Source: the human T2T-CHM13v2.0 reference genome, Homo sapiens
Length of the DNA: 64,000 bases
Assembly (NCBI RefSeq): GCF_009914755.1
Contig: NC_060940.1
Direction: 5' to 3' (one strand)
How positions within the stretch are numbered: the first letter of the stretch is position 1; every line of letters starts with the position of its first letter. The position numbers were made by a program, and so were the translations under genes. Below are positions 29,801 to 44,800 of the stretch, piece by piece. The notes beneath the pieces are model-generated. The model had not been told where the DNA came from. It made no database searches and worked only from the letters and a program-made list of their open reading frames with translations.

Positions 29801-32800
29801 GATAATTGCATTCGATTCCATTCTATGATGATTCCATTCGAGTCCATTTGATGATTCCATTCAATTCAAGTCAATGATGATTCCATTCGATTCCATTCGA
29901 TGATTCCATTGGATTCCATTCGATGATGATTCCATTCAAATCCATTCGATAATTCAATTCAAGTCCATTCGATGATGATTCCAATCGAATCCATTCAAAG
30001 ATTCCATTCAGTTCCATTCGATGATTCCCTTGGATTCCATTCGATGATTCCACTTGATTGCATTTACGATGATTCCATTCGATTCCATGTGATGATTCCA
30101 TTCAATTCTATTCAATGATGTCTCCATTTGATTCCATTCGACCATGATTGCCTTTGATTCCATTCAATGATTCCATTCGGTTCCGTTTGATGATGATTCC
30201 GTTCGATTCCATTTGATGATTCCATTTGATTCCATTGGATGAGTCCATTCGATTACATTCGATGATTATTCCATTCGAGTGCATTAGATGATTCCATTCG
30301 AGTCCATTCGATGATTCCATTCGATTCCATTCGATGTTGATTCTGTTCAAATCCATTCGATGATTCCACTCGATTCCATTCGTTGACTCCATTTGATCCC
30401 ATTCGATGATTTCCTTTGATTCCCTTTGATGATCATTCCATTTGATTCAATTCGGTGATTTCATTTGATTCCATTCAGTGATGTTTCCATTCGACTCCAT
30501 TCGATGATGATTCCATTCGACTCCATTCGATTATGATTTCATTCAATTCCATTCGATAATGATTCCCTTCGAGTCCATTCGATGATTCCATTCGATTCCA
30601 TTCAACGATGATTTGATTCGTGTCCATTCGATGATTCCATTTGATTCCACTTGATGATGATTCCATTCGAGTCCATTTGATGATTCCATTCAATTCCATA
30701 CTCCGATGATTTCTTTTGAGCCCACTCAATGCTTCCACTCGATTCCATATGATGATGACTCCATTCGATGAAATTCGATGATGATTCCATTCGCTTGCTT
30801 TCGATGATGATTCCACTTGAGTCCGTTAGAAGATTCTATTCAATTACATTCCAGGACGATTCCGTTCGAGTCCATTTGATGATTCCATTAGACTCCATTC
30901 GACGATGATTCCATTCGATGTTATTCCATGATTCCATTCGATCTCATTCGATGATGATTCCATTCAACTCCATTCGATGTTTCCATTCGAGTTCATTCTA
31001 TTATTCCATTAGATTCCATTCGATGATGATTCCATTCGATTCCATTTGATGATTGCATTCTATTTCATTTGATGATGATTCCATTCGAGTCCACTCGATG
31101 ATTCCATTCGAGTCCATTTAATGAATCCATTGGTTTCAATTCTATGATGATTACATTGGATTCCATTCGTTGATGATTTCATTCAGTTCCATTCAATGAT
31201 GATTCCATTCAATTCCTTTCAATGTTTCCATTCAATTCCATACGATGATGATTCCATTTGATTTGATTCGACAGTGAGCCATTCGATTCAATTTCATGAT
31301 GATTCTATTTATTCAATTGGTTGACATTTCCATTCGATTCCATTCGATGATGATTCCCTTTGATTCCATTCAAAGATGATTCCATTCTAGCCCATTCAAT
31401 CATTCCATTCGATTCTATTCAATGATGATTCCATTCATGTCGATTTGGTGATTCCATTTGACTTCATTTGATGATGATTCCTTTCAAGTTCATTAGATGA
31501 TTCCATTCGATTCCATTTGATGATGATCCCATTCGAGTCCATTCAGTGATTCCATTCGTTTCCATTCCATGATGATTCCATTCCTTTCCATTCAATGATT
31601 CCATTCGATTCCGTTTGATGATGATTTCATTCGAGTCCATTTGATGATTCCATTTGTTTCAATTCGATGATGATTCCATTCGAGTCCATTCGATGATTCT
31701 ATTCGAATCCATTTGATGATTTCTTTTGATTATATTTGGTGATGATTCCATTGGAGTCCATTCAATGATTCCATTCTATTCCAATCGATGATGATTCCAT
31801 TAGAGTCCATTTAATGATTCCATTTGATTCCAGTCTCTGATGATTACATTCGAGTCCATACGATGATTCCACTCAATTCCATATGATGATGATTCCATTC
31901 GATTCCATTCGGTGATTCCATTCTATTCTATTCAGTGGTGATTCCATTCGAGTACATTAGATGATTCCATTCGATTCCATTCAATGATGATTCTGTTTGT
32001 GTCCCTTAGATGATTCCACATGATTCCATTAGATGATGATACTATTTGAGCCCATCCAATGATTCCCTTCGATTCCATTCGATGAGGATTCCATTCGATT
32101 CAATTCATTGGTGATTCTATTCAATTCAATTCTTTGATTCCATTCCATTCCATTCGACAATGATTCCATTCGATTTCTTTCGATGATTCCACTCGATTCC
32201 ACTTGACATTGATTCCCTTCGATTCCATTCAATGATTCCATTTGATTCCAGTGGATGATGATTGCCATCGATTCCATTCGATCACTCCATTCTATTCCAT
32301 TTGATGATGATTACATTCGATTCCATTTGACGATTCCATCTGATTCTATTCGAGGATTCCATTTGATTCCATTCGATGATGATTCCATTCGAGTCCATTC
32401 GATGATTTCATTCGAGTACATCCAATGATTCCATTCGAGTCCATTTGATGATTCCATTTGATTCCATTTGATTATGATTCTACTAGAGTCCATTCAATGA
32501 CTCCATTCGAGTCCATTCAACAATTCCATTCGACTCCATTCGATGATTCCATTCGATTCCATTTGATGATTCCATTCGAGTCCATTTAATCATTACAGTC
32601 GAGTCCATTTGGTGATTCCGCTGGATTTCCTTTGATAATGATACCATTCGATTACATTTGATGATGATCCCATTCAATTTCATTTGATGATGATTCCATT
32701 AGAGTCCATTCGATGATTTTATTCGAGTCCCTTCATTGATTCCATCCGATTTCATTGGATGATGACTCCATTCGAGTCCATTCGATGATTCCACTCGATT

Positions 32801-35800
32801 CCATTAGATGATTCCATTGGAGTCCATTTGATTGTTCCATTCGATTCCATTCGATTCCTTTCGAAGATTATTCCATTTGAGTCCATTCGATGATGATTCC
32901 ATTCCATTCCATTCGATGATTCCGTTTGATTCCATTCGATGATTCCCTTCGATTCCTTTCTTTGATGATTCCATTCCATTCCATTCAATGATTCCATTCG
33001 AATCTATTCCATGATGATTCCTTTCGATTCCATTCGCTGATGTTTCCGTTCAATTCCATTCGATGATGATTCCATTCGATTCCATTCATTGAGGATTCCA
33101 TTTGATTCCATTCAATGATGATTCCATTCTATTCCATTCAATGATTGCATTCAATTCCATTCAATGATTATCCCATTAGAGTAAACTCAACGATTCCATT
33201 CAATACCATTCGATGATGATTCCTTTTGAGTCCATTCAATGATTTCATTCAAGTCCATTTGATGATTCCTTTCAATTCCATTCTATGATGATTCCATTCG
33301 AGTCCATTCGATGATTCCATTCGATTGCATTCGATGATTCCATTATATTCCATTCAACGATGATTCCATTCGAGTCCATTCGATGATTCCATTAGAGTAC
33401 ATTTAATGATTGCTTTGTTTTCAATTCGAAGATGATTACATTCGATTCCATTCTATGATACCATTCGATTCCATTCAATGATGACTCCACTCAAATCCAT
33501 TGGATGATTCCATTCGTGTCCATTCGGTGATTTCATTAGATTCCATTCGAGGATGATTCCATTCGATTCCATTCGATGATTCCATTCAATTCCATTCGAT
33601 GATGATTCCATTCGAGTCCATATGATCATTCCATTTGATTTCATTCGATGATGATTCCATTCGATTCCATTCGACGATTCCATTCTATTCCATTCGATGA
33701 TGATTCCATTCGAGTCCATTCGATGATTCCATTCGAGTCCATTTAATGATTCCATTGGGTTCAATTCAATGATGATTACATTGGATTCCGTTCTATGATT
33801 CCATTCAATTCCGTTCATTGACAATTTGATTCCATTCGATGATGATTCCATTTGAGTTCATTCGATGATTCTATTCGATTCTCTTCGATGGTGATTCAAT
33901 TCTATTATATTGGATGATTCCATTCGATTCCATTTGATGTTGATTCAATTCGATTCTATTCGATGATGATTCCATTGGATTTCACTTGATGATTCTATTC
34001 GATTCCATTCAATGATGATTCACTTCTCGTCCATTGGATGATTCCATTTCATTCCATTCGATGATGATTCCATTCGATTCCATTCGATGATTCCGTTTGA
34101 TTCCATGCGACGGTGAGCAATTCGATTCAATTCCATGATGATTCTATTTGATTCAATTAGATGATGTTTCCATTCGAATCCATTCCATGATTATTCCATT
34201 GGAATCCATTCGGCGATGATTCCATATGAGTCAATTCAATGATGATTCCATATGGGTCCGTTCGATGATAATTCCATTTGATTTCATTCGATGCTTCTAT
34301 TCAATTCCAGTCGATGATGATTCCGTTGGAGTCCATACGATGATTCCATTTGATTTCATTTCATGATGATTCCATTCGATGACGATTACATTGGATTCCA
34401 TTCTATGATTCCATTCAATTCCATTCGTTGATGATTCGATTCCATTCAATGATGATTCCATTTGAGTTCATTCGGTGATTCTATTCGATTCCATTCTATG
34501 GTGATTCAATTCTCTTATATTGGATGATTCGACTCGATTCCATTTGATGATTATTCCATTGGAGTCCACTTAGTGAATCCTTTAGATTCTACTCGAAGAT
34601 GATTCCATTCGAGTCCATTCGATGATACCATTCAATTCCATTCGTTGATGCTTCCATTCAAGTGCATTCGATGATATCATTCGATTCCATTTGATGATAA
34701 TTCCATTTGATTCCATGCGATGATTCTATTCGATTCCATTCAATGATAATTCCATTCAATTCAGTGATTCCTCTGGACTCCATTTGATGATGATTCCATT
34801 CAATGATTCCATTCGATTCTATTCGAAAATGATTACATTTGAATCCATTTGATGACGAATCCATTCCATTCCATTTGATGATTCCATACTATTCTATTCG
34901 ATGATGATTCCATTCGATTCCATTCGATGATGATTGGATTCGATTCCATTTGATGATTTCATTTGATTCCATTCGTTAATGATTTCGATCAATTCCATTC
35001 GATGATTCCATTCGATTCCATTCGATAATGATTACATCCGAGTCCATTCGATGATTCCATTTGAGCCTGTTCGATAATTCCATTTGAGTCCAACCAATGA
35101 TTCCATTCATTTCCATTCAATGATTCCATTCGAGTCTATTTGATCATTCCGTTAGGGTCCATTCGATGTTGATTCCATTGGAGTGCATTCGATGATTCCA
35201 TTCGAGTCCATTTTAGGATTTGATTCGAGTCCTTTCGATGATTCCATTCGATTCCACTCGATGATGATTTCATTCGAGTCCATTCGACACTTCCAATCGA
35301 TTCCATTTGATGATTCCATTCGAGTCCTATTGATGATTCCATTCAATTCCATTCGATGATGATTCCGTACGATTCCATTCTGTGATGATTCCATGTGATT
35401 GCATTCAATGATGATTCCTTTCGATTGCATTCGATTATGATTCATTTCGTCTTCATTCTATGGTTCCACAGGTTTCCATTCGTGTCCATTCCATTATTCC
35501 ATTCTATTCCATTTGATGATGATTCCATTCGATTCCATTCATTGGTGATTCCACTCAATTCCATTCAATGATTCCATTCCATTTCTTTCAACAATGATTC
35601 CATTAGTTTCTAATCGATGATCCACTTGATTCCATTTGACGACGATTCCATTCTTGTCCATTCGATGATTCCATTTGATTCCATATGATGATGATTCCAT
35701 TCGATTCCATACCATGATGATTCCATTCGAGTCCATTCAATGGTGATTCCATTCAATTCCATTCGATGATTCCTTTCGATTCCATTCGATGATGATGGCA

Positions 35801-38800
35801 TTCGATTCCTTTCAATCATTCCCTTTGATTCCATTCAAAGGTGATTTCATTCAAGTCCATTCGATAATTGCATTCGATTCCATTCTACGATGATTCCATT
35901 CGAGTCCATTTGATGATTCCATTCAATTCAAGTCAATGATGATTCCATTCGATTCCATTCGATGATTCCATTGGATTCCATTCGATGATGATTCCATTCA
36001 AATCCATTCGATAATTCAATTCAAGTCCATTCGATGATGATTCCAATCGAATCCATTCAAAGATTCCATTCAGTTCCATTCGATGATTCCCTTGGATTCC
36101 ATTCGATGATTCCACTTGATTGCATTTACGATGATTCCATTCGATTCCATGTGATGATTCCATTCAATTCTATTCAATGATGTCTCCATTTGATTCCATT
36201 CGACCATGATTGCCTTTGATTCCATTCAATGATTCCATTCGGTTCCGTTTGATGATGATTCCGTTCGATTCCATTTGATGATTCCATTTGATTCCATTGG
36301 ATGAGTCCATTCGATTACATTCGATGATTATTCCATTCGAGTGCATTAGATGATTCCATTCGAGTCCATTCGATGATTCCATTCGATTCCATTCGATGTT
36401 GATTCTGTTCAAATCCATTCGATGATTCCACTCGATTCCATTCGTTGACTCCATTTGATCCCATTCGATGATTTCCTTTGATTCCCTTTGATGATCATTC
36501 CATTTGATTCAATTCGGTGATTTCATTTGATTCCATTCAGTGATGTTTCCATTCGACTCCATTCGATGATGATTCCATTCGACTCCATTCGATTATGATT
36601 TCATTCAATTCCATTCGATAATGATTCCCTTCGAGTCCATTCGATGATTCCATTCGATTCCATTCAACGATGATTTGATTCGTGTCCATTCGATGATTCC
36701 ATTTGATTCCACTTGATGATGATTCCATTCGAGTCCATTTGATGATTCCATTCAATTCCATACTCCGATGATTTCTTTTGAGCCCACTCAATGCTTCCAC
36801 TCGATTCCATATGATGATGACTCCATTCGATGAAATTCGATGATAATTCCATTCGCTTGCTTTCGATGATGATTCCACTTGAGTCCGTTAGAAGATTCTA
36901 TTCAATTACATTCCAGGACGATTCCGTTCGAGTCCATTTGATGATTCCATTAGACTCCATTCGACGATGATTCCATTCGATGTTATTCCATGATTCCATT
37001 CGATCTCATTCGATGATGATTCCATTCAACTCCATTCGATGTTTCCATTCGAGTTCATTCTATTATTCCATTAGATTCCATTCGATGATGATTCCATTCG
37101 ATTCCATTTGATGATTGCATTCTATTTCATTTGATGATGATTCCATTCGAGTCCACTCGATGATTCCATTCGAGTCCATTTAATGAATCCATTGGTTTCA
37201 ATTCTATGATGATTACATTGGATTCCATTCGTTGATGATTTCATTCAGTTCCATTCAATGATGATTCCATTCAATTCCTTTCAATGTTTCCATTCAATTC
37301 CATACGATGATGATTCCATTTGATTTGATTCGACAGTGAGCCATTCGATTCAATTTCATGATGATTCTATTTATTCAATTGGTTGACATTTCCATTCGAT
37401 TCCATTCGATGATGATTCCCTTTGATTCCATTCAAAGATGATTCCATTCTAGCCCATTCAATCATTCCATTCGATTCTATTCAATGATGATTCCATTCAT
37501 GTCGATTTGGTGATTCCATTTGACTTCATTTGATGATGATTCCTTTCAAGTTCATTAGATGATTCCATTCGATTCCATTTGATGATGATCCCATTCGAGT
37601 CCATTCAGTGATTCCATTCGTTTCCATTCCATGATGATTCCATTCCTTTCCATTCAATGATTCCATTCGATTCCGTTTGATGATGATTTCATTCGAGTCC
37701 ATTTGATGATTCCATTTGTTTCAATTCGATGATGATTCCATTCGAGTCCATTCGATGATTCTATTCGAATCCATTTGATGATTTCTTTTGATTATATTTG
37801 GTGATGATTCCATTGGAGTCCATTCAATGATTCCATTCTATTCCAATCGATGATGATTCCATTAGAGTCCATTTAATGATTCCATTTGATTCCAGTCTCT
37901 GATGATTACATTCGAGTCCATACGATGATTCCACTCAATTCCATATGATGATGATTCCATTCGATTCCATTCGGTGATTCCATTCTATTCTATTCAGTGG
38001 TGATTCCATTCGAGTACATTAGATGATTCCATTCGATTCCATTCAATGATGATTCTATTTGTGTCCCTTAGATGATTCCACATGATTCCATTAGATGATG
38101 ATACTATTTGAGCCCATCCAATGATTCCCTTCGATTCCATTCGATGAGGATTCCATTCGATTCAATTCATTGGTGATTCTATTCAATTCAATTCTTTGAT
38201 TCCATTCCATTCCATTCGACAATGATTCCATTCGATTTCTTTCGATGATTCCACTCGATTCCACTTGACATTGATTCCCTTCGATTCCATTCAATGATTC
38301 CATTTGATTCCAGTGGATGATGATTGCCATCGATTCCATTCGATCACTCCATTCTATTCCATTTGATGATGATTACATTCGATTCCATTTGACGATTCCA
38401 TCTGATTCTATTCGAGGATTCCATTTGATTCCATTCGATGATGATTCCATTCGAGTCCATTCGATGATTTCATTCGAGTACATCCAATGATTCCATTCGA
38501 GTCCATTTGATGATTCCATTTGATTCCATTTGATTATGATTCTACTAGAGTCCATTCAATGACTCCATTCGAGTCCATTCAACAATTCCATTCGACTCCA
38601 TTCGATGATTCCATTCGATTCCATTTGATGATTCCATTCGAGTCCATTTAATCATTACAGTCGAGTCCATTTGGTGATTCCGCTGGATTTCCTTTGATAA
38701 TGATACCATTCGATTACATTTGATGATGATCCCATTCAATTTCATTTGATGATGATTCCATTAGAGTCCATTCGATGATTTTATTCGAGTCCCTTCATTG

Positions 38801-41800
38801 ATTCCATCCGATTTCATTGGATGATGACTCCATTCGAGTCCATTCGATGATTCCACTCGATTCCATTAGATGATTCCATTGGAGTCCATTTGATTGTTCC
38901 ATTCGATTCCATTCGATTCCTTTCGAAGATTATTCCATTTGAGTCCATTCGATGATGATTCCATTCCATTCCATTCGATGATTCCGTTTGATTCCATTCG
39001 ATGATTCCCTTCGATTCCTTTCTTTGATGATTCCATTCCATTCCATTCAATGATTCCATTCGAATCTATTCCATGATGATTCCTTTCGATTCCATTCGCT
39101 GATGTTTCCGTTCAATTCCATTCGATGATGATTCCATTCGATTCCATTCATTGAGGATTCCATTTGATTCCATTCAATGATGATTCCATTCTATTCCATT
39201 CAATGATTGCATTCAATTCCATTCAATGATTATCCCATTAGAGTAAACTCAACGATTCCATTCAATACCATTCGATGATGATTCCTTTTGAGTCCATTCA
39301 ATGATTTCATTCAAGTCCATTTGATGATTCCTTTCAATTCCATTCTATGATGATTCCATTCGAGTCCATTCGATGATTCCATTCGATTGCATTCGATGAT
39401 TCCATTATATTCCATTCAACGATGATTCCATTCGAGTCCATTCGATGATTCCATTAGAGTACATTTAATGATTGCTTTGTTTTCAATTCGAAGATGATTA
39501 CATTCGATTCCATTCTATGATACCATTCGATTCCATTCAATGATGACTCCACTCAAATCCATTGGATGATTCCATTCGTGTCCATTCGGTGATTTCATTA
39601 GATTCCATTCGAGGATGATTCCATTCGATTCCATTCGATGATTCCATTCAATTCCATTCGATGATGATTCCATTCCAGTCCATATGATCATTCCATTTGA
39701 TTTCATTCGATGATGATTCCATTCGATTCCATTCGACGATTCCATTCTATTCCATTCGATGATGATTCCATTCGAGTCCATTCGATGATTCCATTCGAGT
39801 CCATTTAATGATTCCATTGGGTTCAATTCAATGATGATTACATTGGATTCCGTTCTATGATTCCATTCAATTCCGTTCATTGACAATTTGATTCCATTCG
39901 ATGATGATTCCATTTGAGTTCATTCGATGATTCTATTCGATTCTCTTCGATGGTGATTCAATTCTATTATATTGGATGATTCCATTCGATTCCATTTGAT
40001 GTTGATTCAATTCGATTCTATTCGATGATGATTCCATTGGATTTCACTTGATGATTCTATTCGATTCCATTCAATGATGATTCACTTCTCGTCCATTGGA
40101 TGATTCCATTTCATTCCATTCGATGATGATTCCATTCGATTCCATTCGATGATTCCGTTTGATTCCATGCGACGGTGAGCAATTCGATTCAATTCCATGA
40201 TGATTCTATTTGATTCAATTAGATGATGTTTCCATTCGAATCCATTCCATGATTATTCCATTGGAATCCATTCGGCGATGATTCCATATGAGTCAATTCA
40301 ATGATGATTCCATATGGGTCCGTTCGATGATAATTCCATTTGATTTCATTCGATGCTTCTATTCAATTCCAGTCGATGATGATTCCGTTGGAGTCCATAC
40401 GATGATTCCATTTGATTTCATTTCATGATGATTCCATTCGATGACGATTACATTGGATTCCATTCTATGATTCCATTCAATTCCATTCGTTGATGATTCG
40501 ATTCCATTCAATGATGATTCCATTTGAGTTCATTCGGTGATTCTATTCGATTCCATTCTATGGTGATTCAATTCTCTTATATTGGATGATTCGACTCGAT
40601 TCCATTTGATGATTATTCCATTGGAGTCCACTTAGTGAATCCTTTAGATTCTACTCGAAGATGATTCCATTCGAGTCCATTCGATGATACCATTCAATTC
40701 CATTCGTGGATGCTTCCATTCAAGTGCATTCGATGATATCATTCGATTCCATTTGAGGATAATTCCATTTGATTCCATGCGATGATTCTATTCGATTCCA
40801 TTCAATGATAATTCCATTCAATTCAGTGATTCCTCTGGACTCCATTTGATGATGATTCCATTCAATGATTCCATTCGATTCTATTCGAAAATGATTACAT
40901 TTGAATCCATTTGATGACGATTCCATTCCATTCCATTTGATGATTCCATACTATTCTATTCGATGATGATTCCATTCGATTCCATTCGATGATGATTGGA
41001 TTCGATTCCATTTGATGATTTCATTTGATTCCATTCGTTAATGATTTCGATCAATTCCATTCGATGATTCCATTCGATTCCATTCGATAATGATTACATC
41101 CGAGTCCATTCGATGATTCCATTTGAGCCTGTTCGATAATTCCATTTGAGTCCAACCAATGATTCCATTCATTTCCATTCAATGATTCCATTCGAGTCCA
41201 TTTGATCATTCCGGTAGGGTCCATTCGATGTTGATTCCATTGGAGTGCATTCGATGATTCCATTCGAGTCCATTTTAGGATTTGATTCGAGTCCTTTCGA
41301 TGATTCCATTCGATTCCACTCGATGATGATTTCATTCGAGTCCATTCGACACTTCCAATCGATTCCATTTGATGATTCCATTCGAGTCCTATTGATGATT
41401 CCATTCAATTCCATTCGATGATGATTCCGTACGATTCCATTCTGTGATGATTCCATGTGATTGCATTCAATGATGATTCCTTTCGATTGCATTCGATTAT
41501 GATTCATTTCGTCTTCATTCTATGGTTCCACAGGTTTCCATTCGTGTCCATTCCATTATTCCATTCTATTCCATTTGATGATGATTCCATTCGATTCCAT
41601 TCATTGGTGATTCCACTCAATTCCATTCAATGATTCCATTCCATTTCTTTCAACAATGATTCCATTAGTTTCTAATCGATGATCCACTTGATTCCATTTG
41701 ACGACGATTCCATTCTTGTCCATTCGATGATTCCATTTGATTCCATATGATGATGATTCCATTCGATTCCATACCATGATGATTCCATTCGAGTCCATTC

Positions 41801-44800
41801 AATGGTGATTCCATTCAATTCCATTCGATGATTCCTTTCGATTCCATTCGATGATGATGGCATTCGATTCCTTTCAATCATTCCCTTTGATTCCATTCAA
41901 AGGTGATTTCATTCAAGTCCATTCGATAATTGCATTCGATTCCATTCTACGATGATTCCATTCGAGTCCATTTGATGATTCCATTCAATTCAAGTCAATG
42001 ATGATTCCATTCGATTCCATTCGATGATTCCATTGGATTCCATTCGATGATGATTCCATTCAAATCCATTCGATAATTCAATTCAAGTCCATTCGATGAT
42101 GATTCCAATCGAATCCATTCAAAGATTCCATTCAGTTCCATTCGATGATTCCCTTGGATTCCATTCGATGATTCCACTTGATTGCATTTACGATGATTCC
42201 ATTCGATTCCATGTGATGATTCCATTCAATTCTATTCAATGATGTCTCCATTTGATTCCATTCGACCATGATTGCCTTTGATTCCATTCAATGATTCCAT
42301 TCGGTTCCGTTTGATGATGATTCCGTTCGATTCCATTTGATGATTCCATTTGATTCCATTGGATGAGTCCATTCGATTACATTCGATGATTATTCCATTC
42401 GAGTGCATTAGATGATTCCATTCGAGTCCATTCGATGATTCCATTCGATTCCATTCGATGTTGATTCTGTTCAAATCCATTCGATGATTCCACTCGATTC
42501 CATTCGTTGACTCCATTTGATCCCATTCGATGATTTCCTTTGATTCCCTTTGATGATCATTCCATTTGATTCAATTCGGTGATTTCATTTGATTCCATTC
42601 AGTGATGTTTCCATTCGACTCCATTCGATGATGATTCCATTCGACTCCATTCGATTATGATTTCATTCAATTCCATTCGATAATGATTCCCTTCGAGTCC
42701 ATTCGATGATTCCATTCGATTCCATTCAACGATGATTTGATTCGTGTCCATTCGATGATTCCATTTGATTCCACTTGATGATGATTCCATTCGAGTCCAT
42801 TTGATGATTCCATTCAATTCCATACTCCGATGATTTCTTTTGAGCCCACTCAATGCTTCCACTCGATTCCATATGATGATGACTCCATTCGATGAAATTC
42901 GATGATGATTCCATTCGCTTGCTTTCGATGATGATTCCACTTGAGTCCGTTAGAAGATTCTATTCAATTACATTCCAGGACGATTCCGTTCGAGTCCATT
43001 TGATGATTCCATTAGACTCCATTCGACGATGATTCCATTCGATGTTATTCCATGATTCCATTCGATCTCATTCGATGATGATTCCATTCAACTCCATTCG
43101 ATGTTTCCATTCGAGTTCATTCTATTATTCCATTAGATTCCATTCGATGATGATTCCATTCGATTCCATTTGATGATTGCATTCTATTTCATTTGATGAT
43201 GATTCCATTCGAGTCCACTCGATGATTCCATTCGAGTCCATTTAATGAATCCATTGGTTTCAATTCTATGATGATTACATTGGATTCCATTCGTTGATGA
43301 TTTCATTCAGTTCCATTCAATGATGATTCCATTCAATTCCTTTCAATGTTTCCATTCAATTCCATACGATGATGATTCCATTTGATTTGATTCGACAGTG
43401 AGCCATTCGATTCAATTTCATGATGATTCTATTTATTCAATTGGTTGACATTTCCATTCGATTCCATTCGATGATGATTCCCTTTGATTCCATTCAAAGA
43501 TGATTCCATTCTAGCCCATTCAATCATTCCATTCGATTCTATTCAATGATGATTCCATTCATGTCGATTTGGTGATTCCATTTGACTTCATTTGATGATG
43601 ATTCCTTTCAAGTTCATTAGATGATTCCATTCGATTCCATTTGATGATGATCCCATTCGACTCCATTCAGTGATTCCATTCGTTTCCATTCCATGATGAT
43701 TCCATTCCTTTCCATTCAATGATTCCATTCGATTCCGTTTGATGATGATTTCATTCGAGTCCATTTGATGATTCCATTTGATTCCATTCGATGATGATTC
43801 CATTCGAGTCCATTCGATGATTCTATTCGAATCCATTTGATGATTTCTTTTGATTATATTTGGTGATGATTCCATTGGAGTCCATTCAATGATTCCATTC
43901 TATTCCAATCGATGATGATTCCATTAGAGTCCATTTAATGATTCCATTTGATTCCAGTCTCTGATGATTACATTCGAGTCCATACGATGATTCCACTCAA
44001 TTCCATATGATGATGATTCCATTTGATTCCATTCGGTGATTCCATTCTATTCTATTCAATGGTGATTCCATTCGAGTACATTAGATGATTCCATTCGATT
44101 CCATTCAATGATGATTCTATTTGTGTCCCTTAGATGATTCCACATGATTCCATTAGATGATGATACTATTTGAGCCCATCCAATGATTCCCTTCGATTCC
44201 ATTCGATGAGGATTCCATTCGATTCAATTCATTGGTGATTCTATTCAATTCAATTCTTTGATTCCATTCCATTCCATTAGACAATGATTCCATTCGATTT
44301 CTTTCGATGATTCCACTCGATTCCACTTGACATTGATTCCATTCGATTCCATTCAATGATTCCATTTGATTCCAGTGGATGATGATTGCCATCGATTCCA
44401 TTCGATCACTCCATTCTATTCCATTTCATGATGATTACATTCGATTCCATTTGATGATTCCATCTGATTCTATTCGAGGATTCCATTTGATTCCATTCGA
44501 TGATGATTCCATTCGAGTCCATTCGATGATTTCATTCAAGTACATCCAATGACTCCATTCGAGTCCATTAGATGATTCCATTTGATTCCATTTGAAAATG
44601 ATTCTACTAGCGTCCATTCAATGACTCCATTCGATTCCATTCAACAATTCCATTCGACTCCATTCGATGATTCCATTCGATTCCATTTGATGGTTCCATT
44701 CGAGTCCATTTAATCATTACAGTCGAGTCCATTTGGTGATTCCACTGGATTTCTTTTGATAATGATACCATTCAATTACATTTGATGATGATCCCATTCA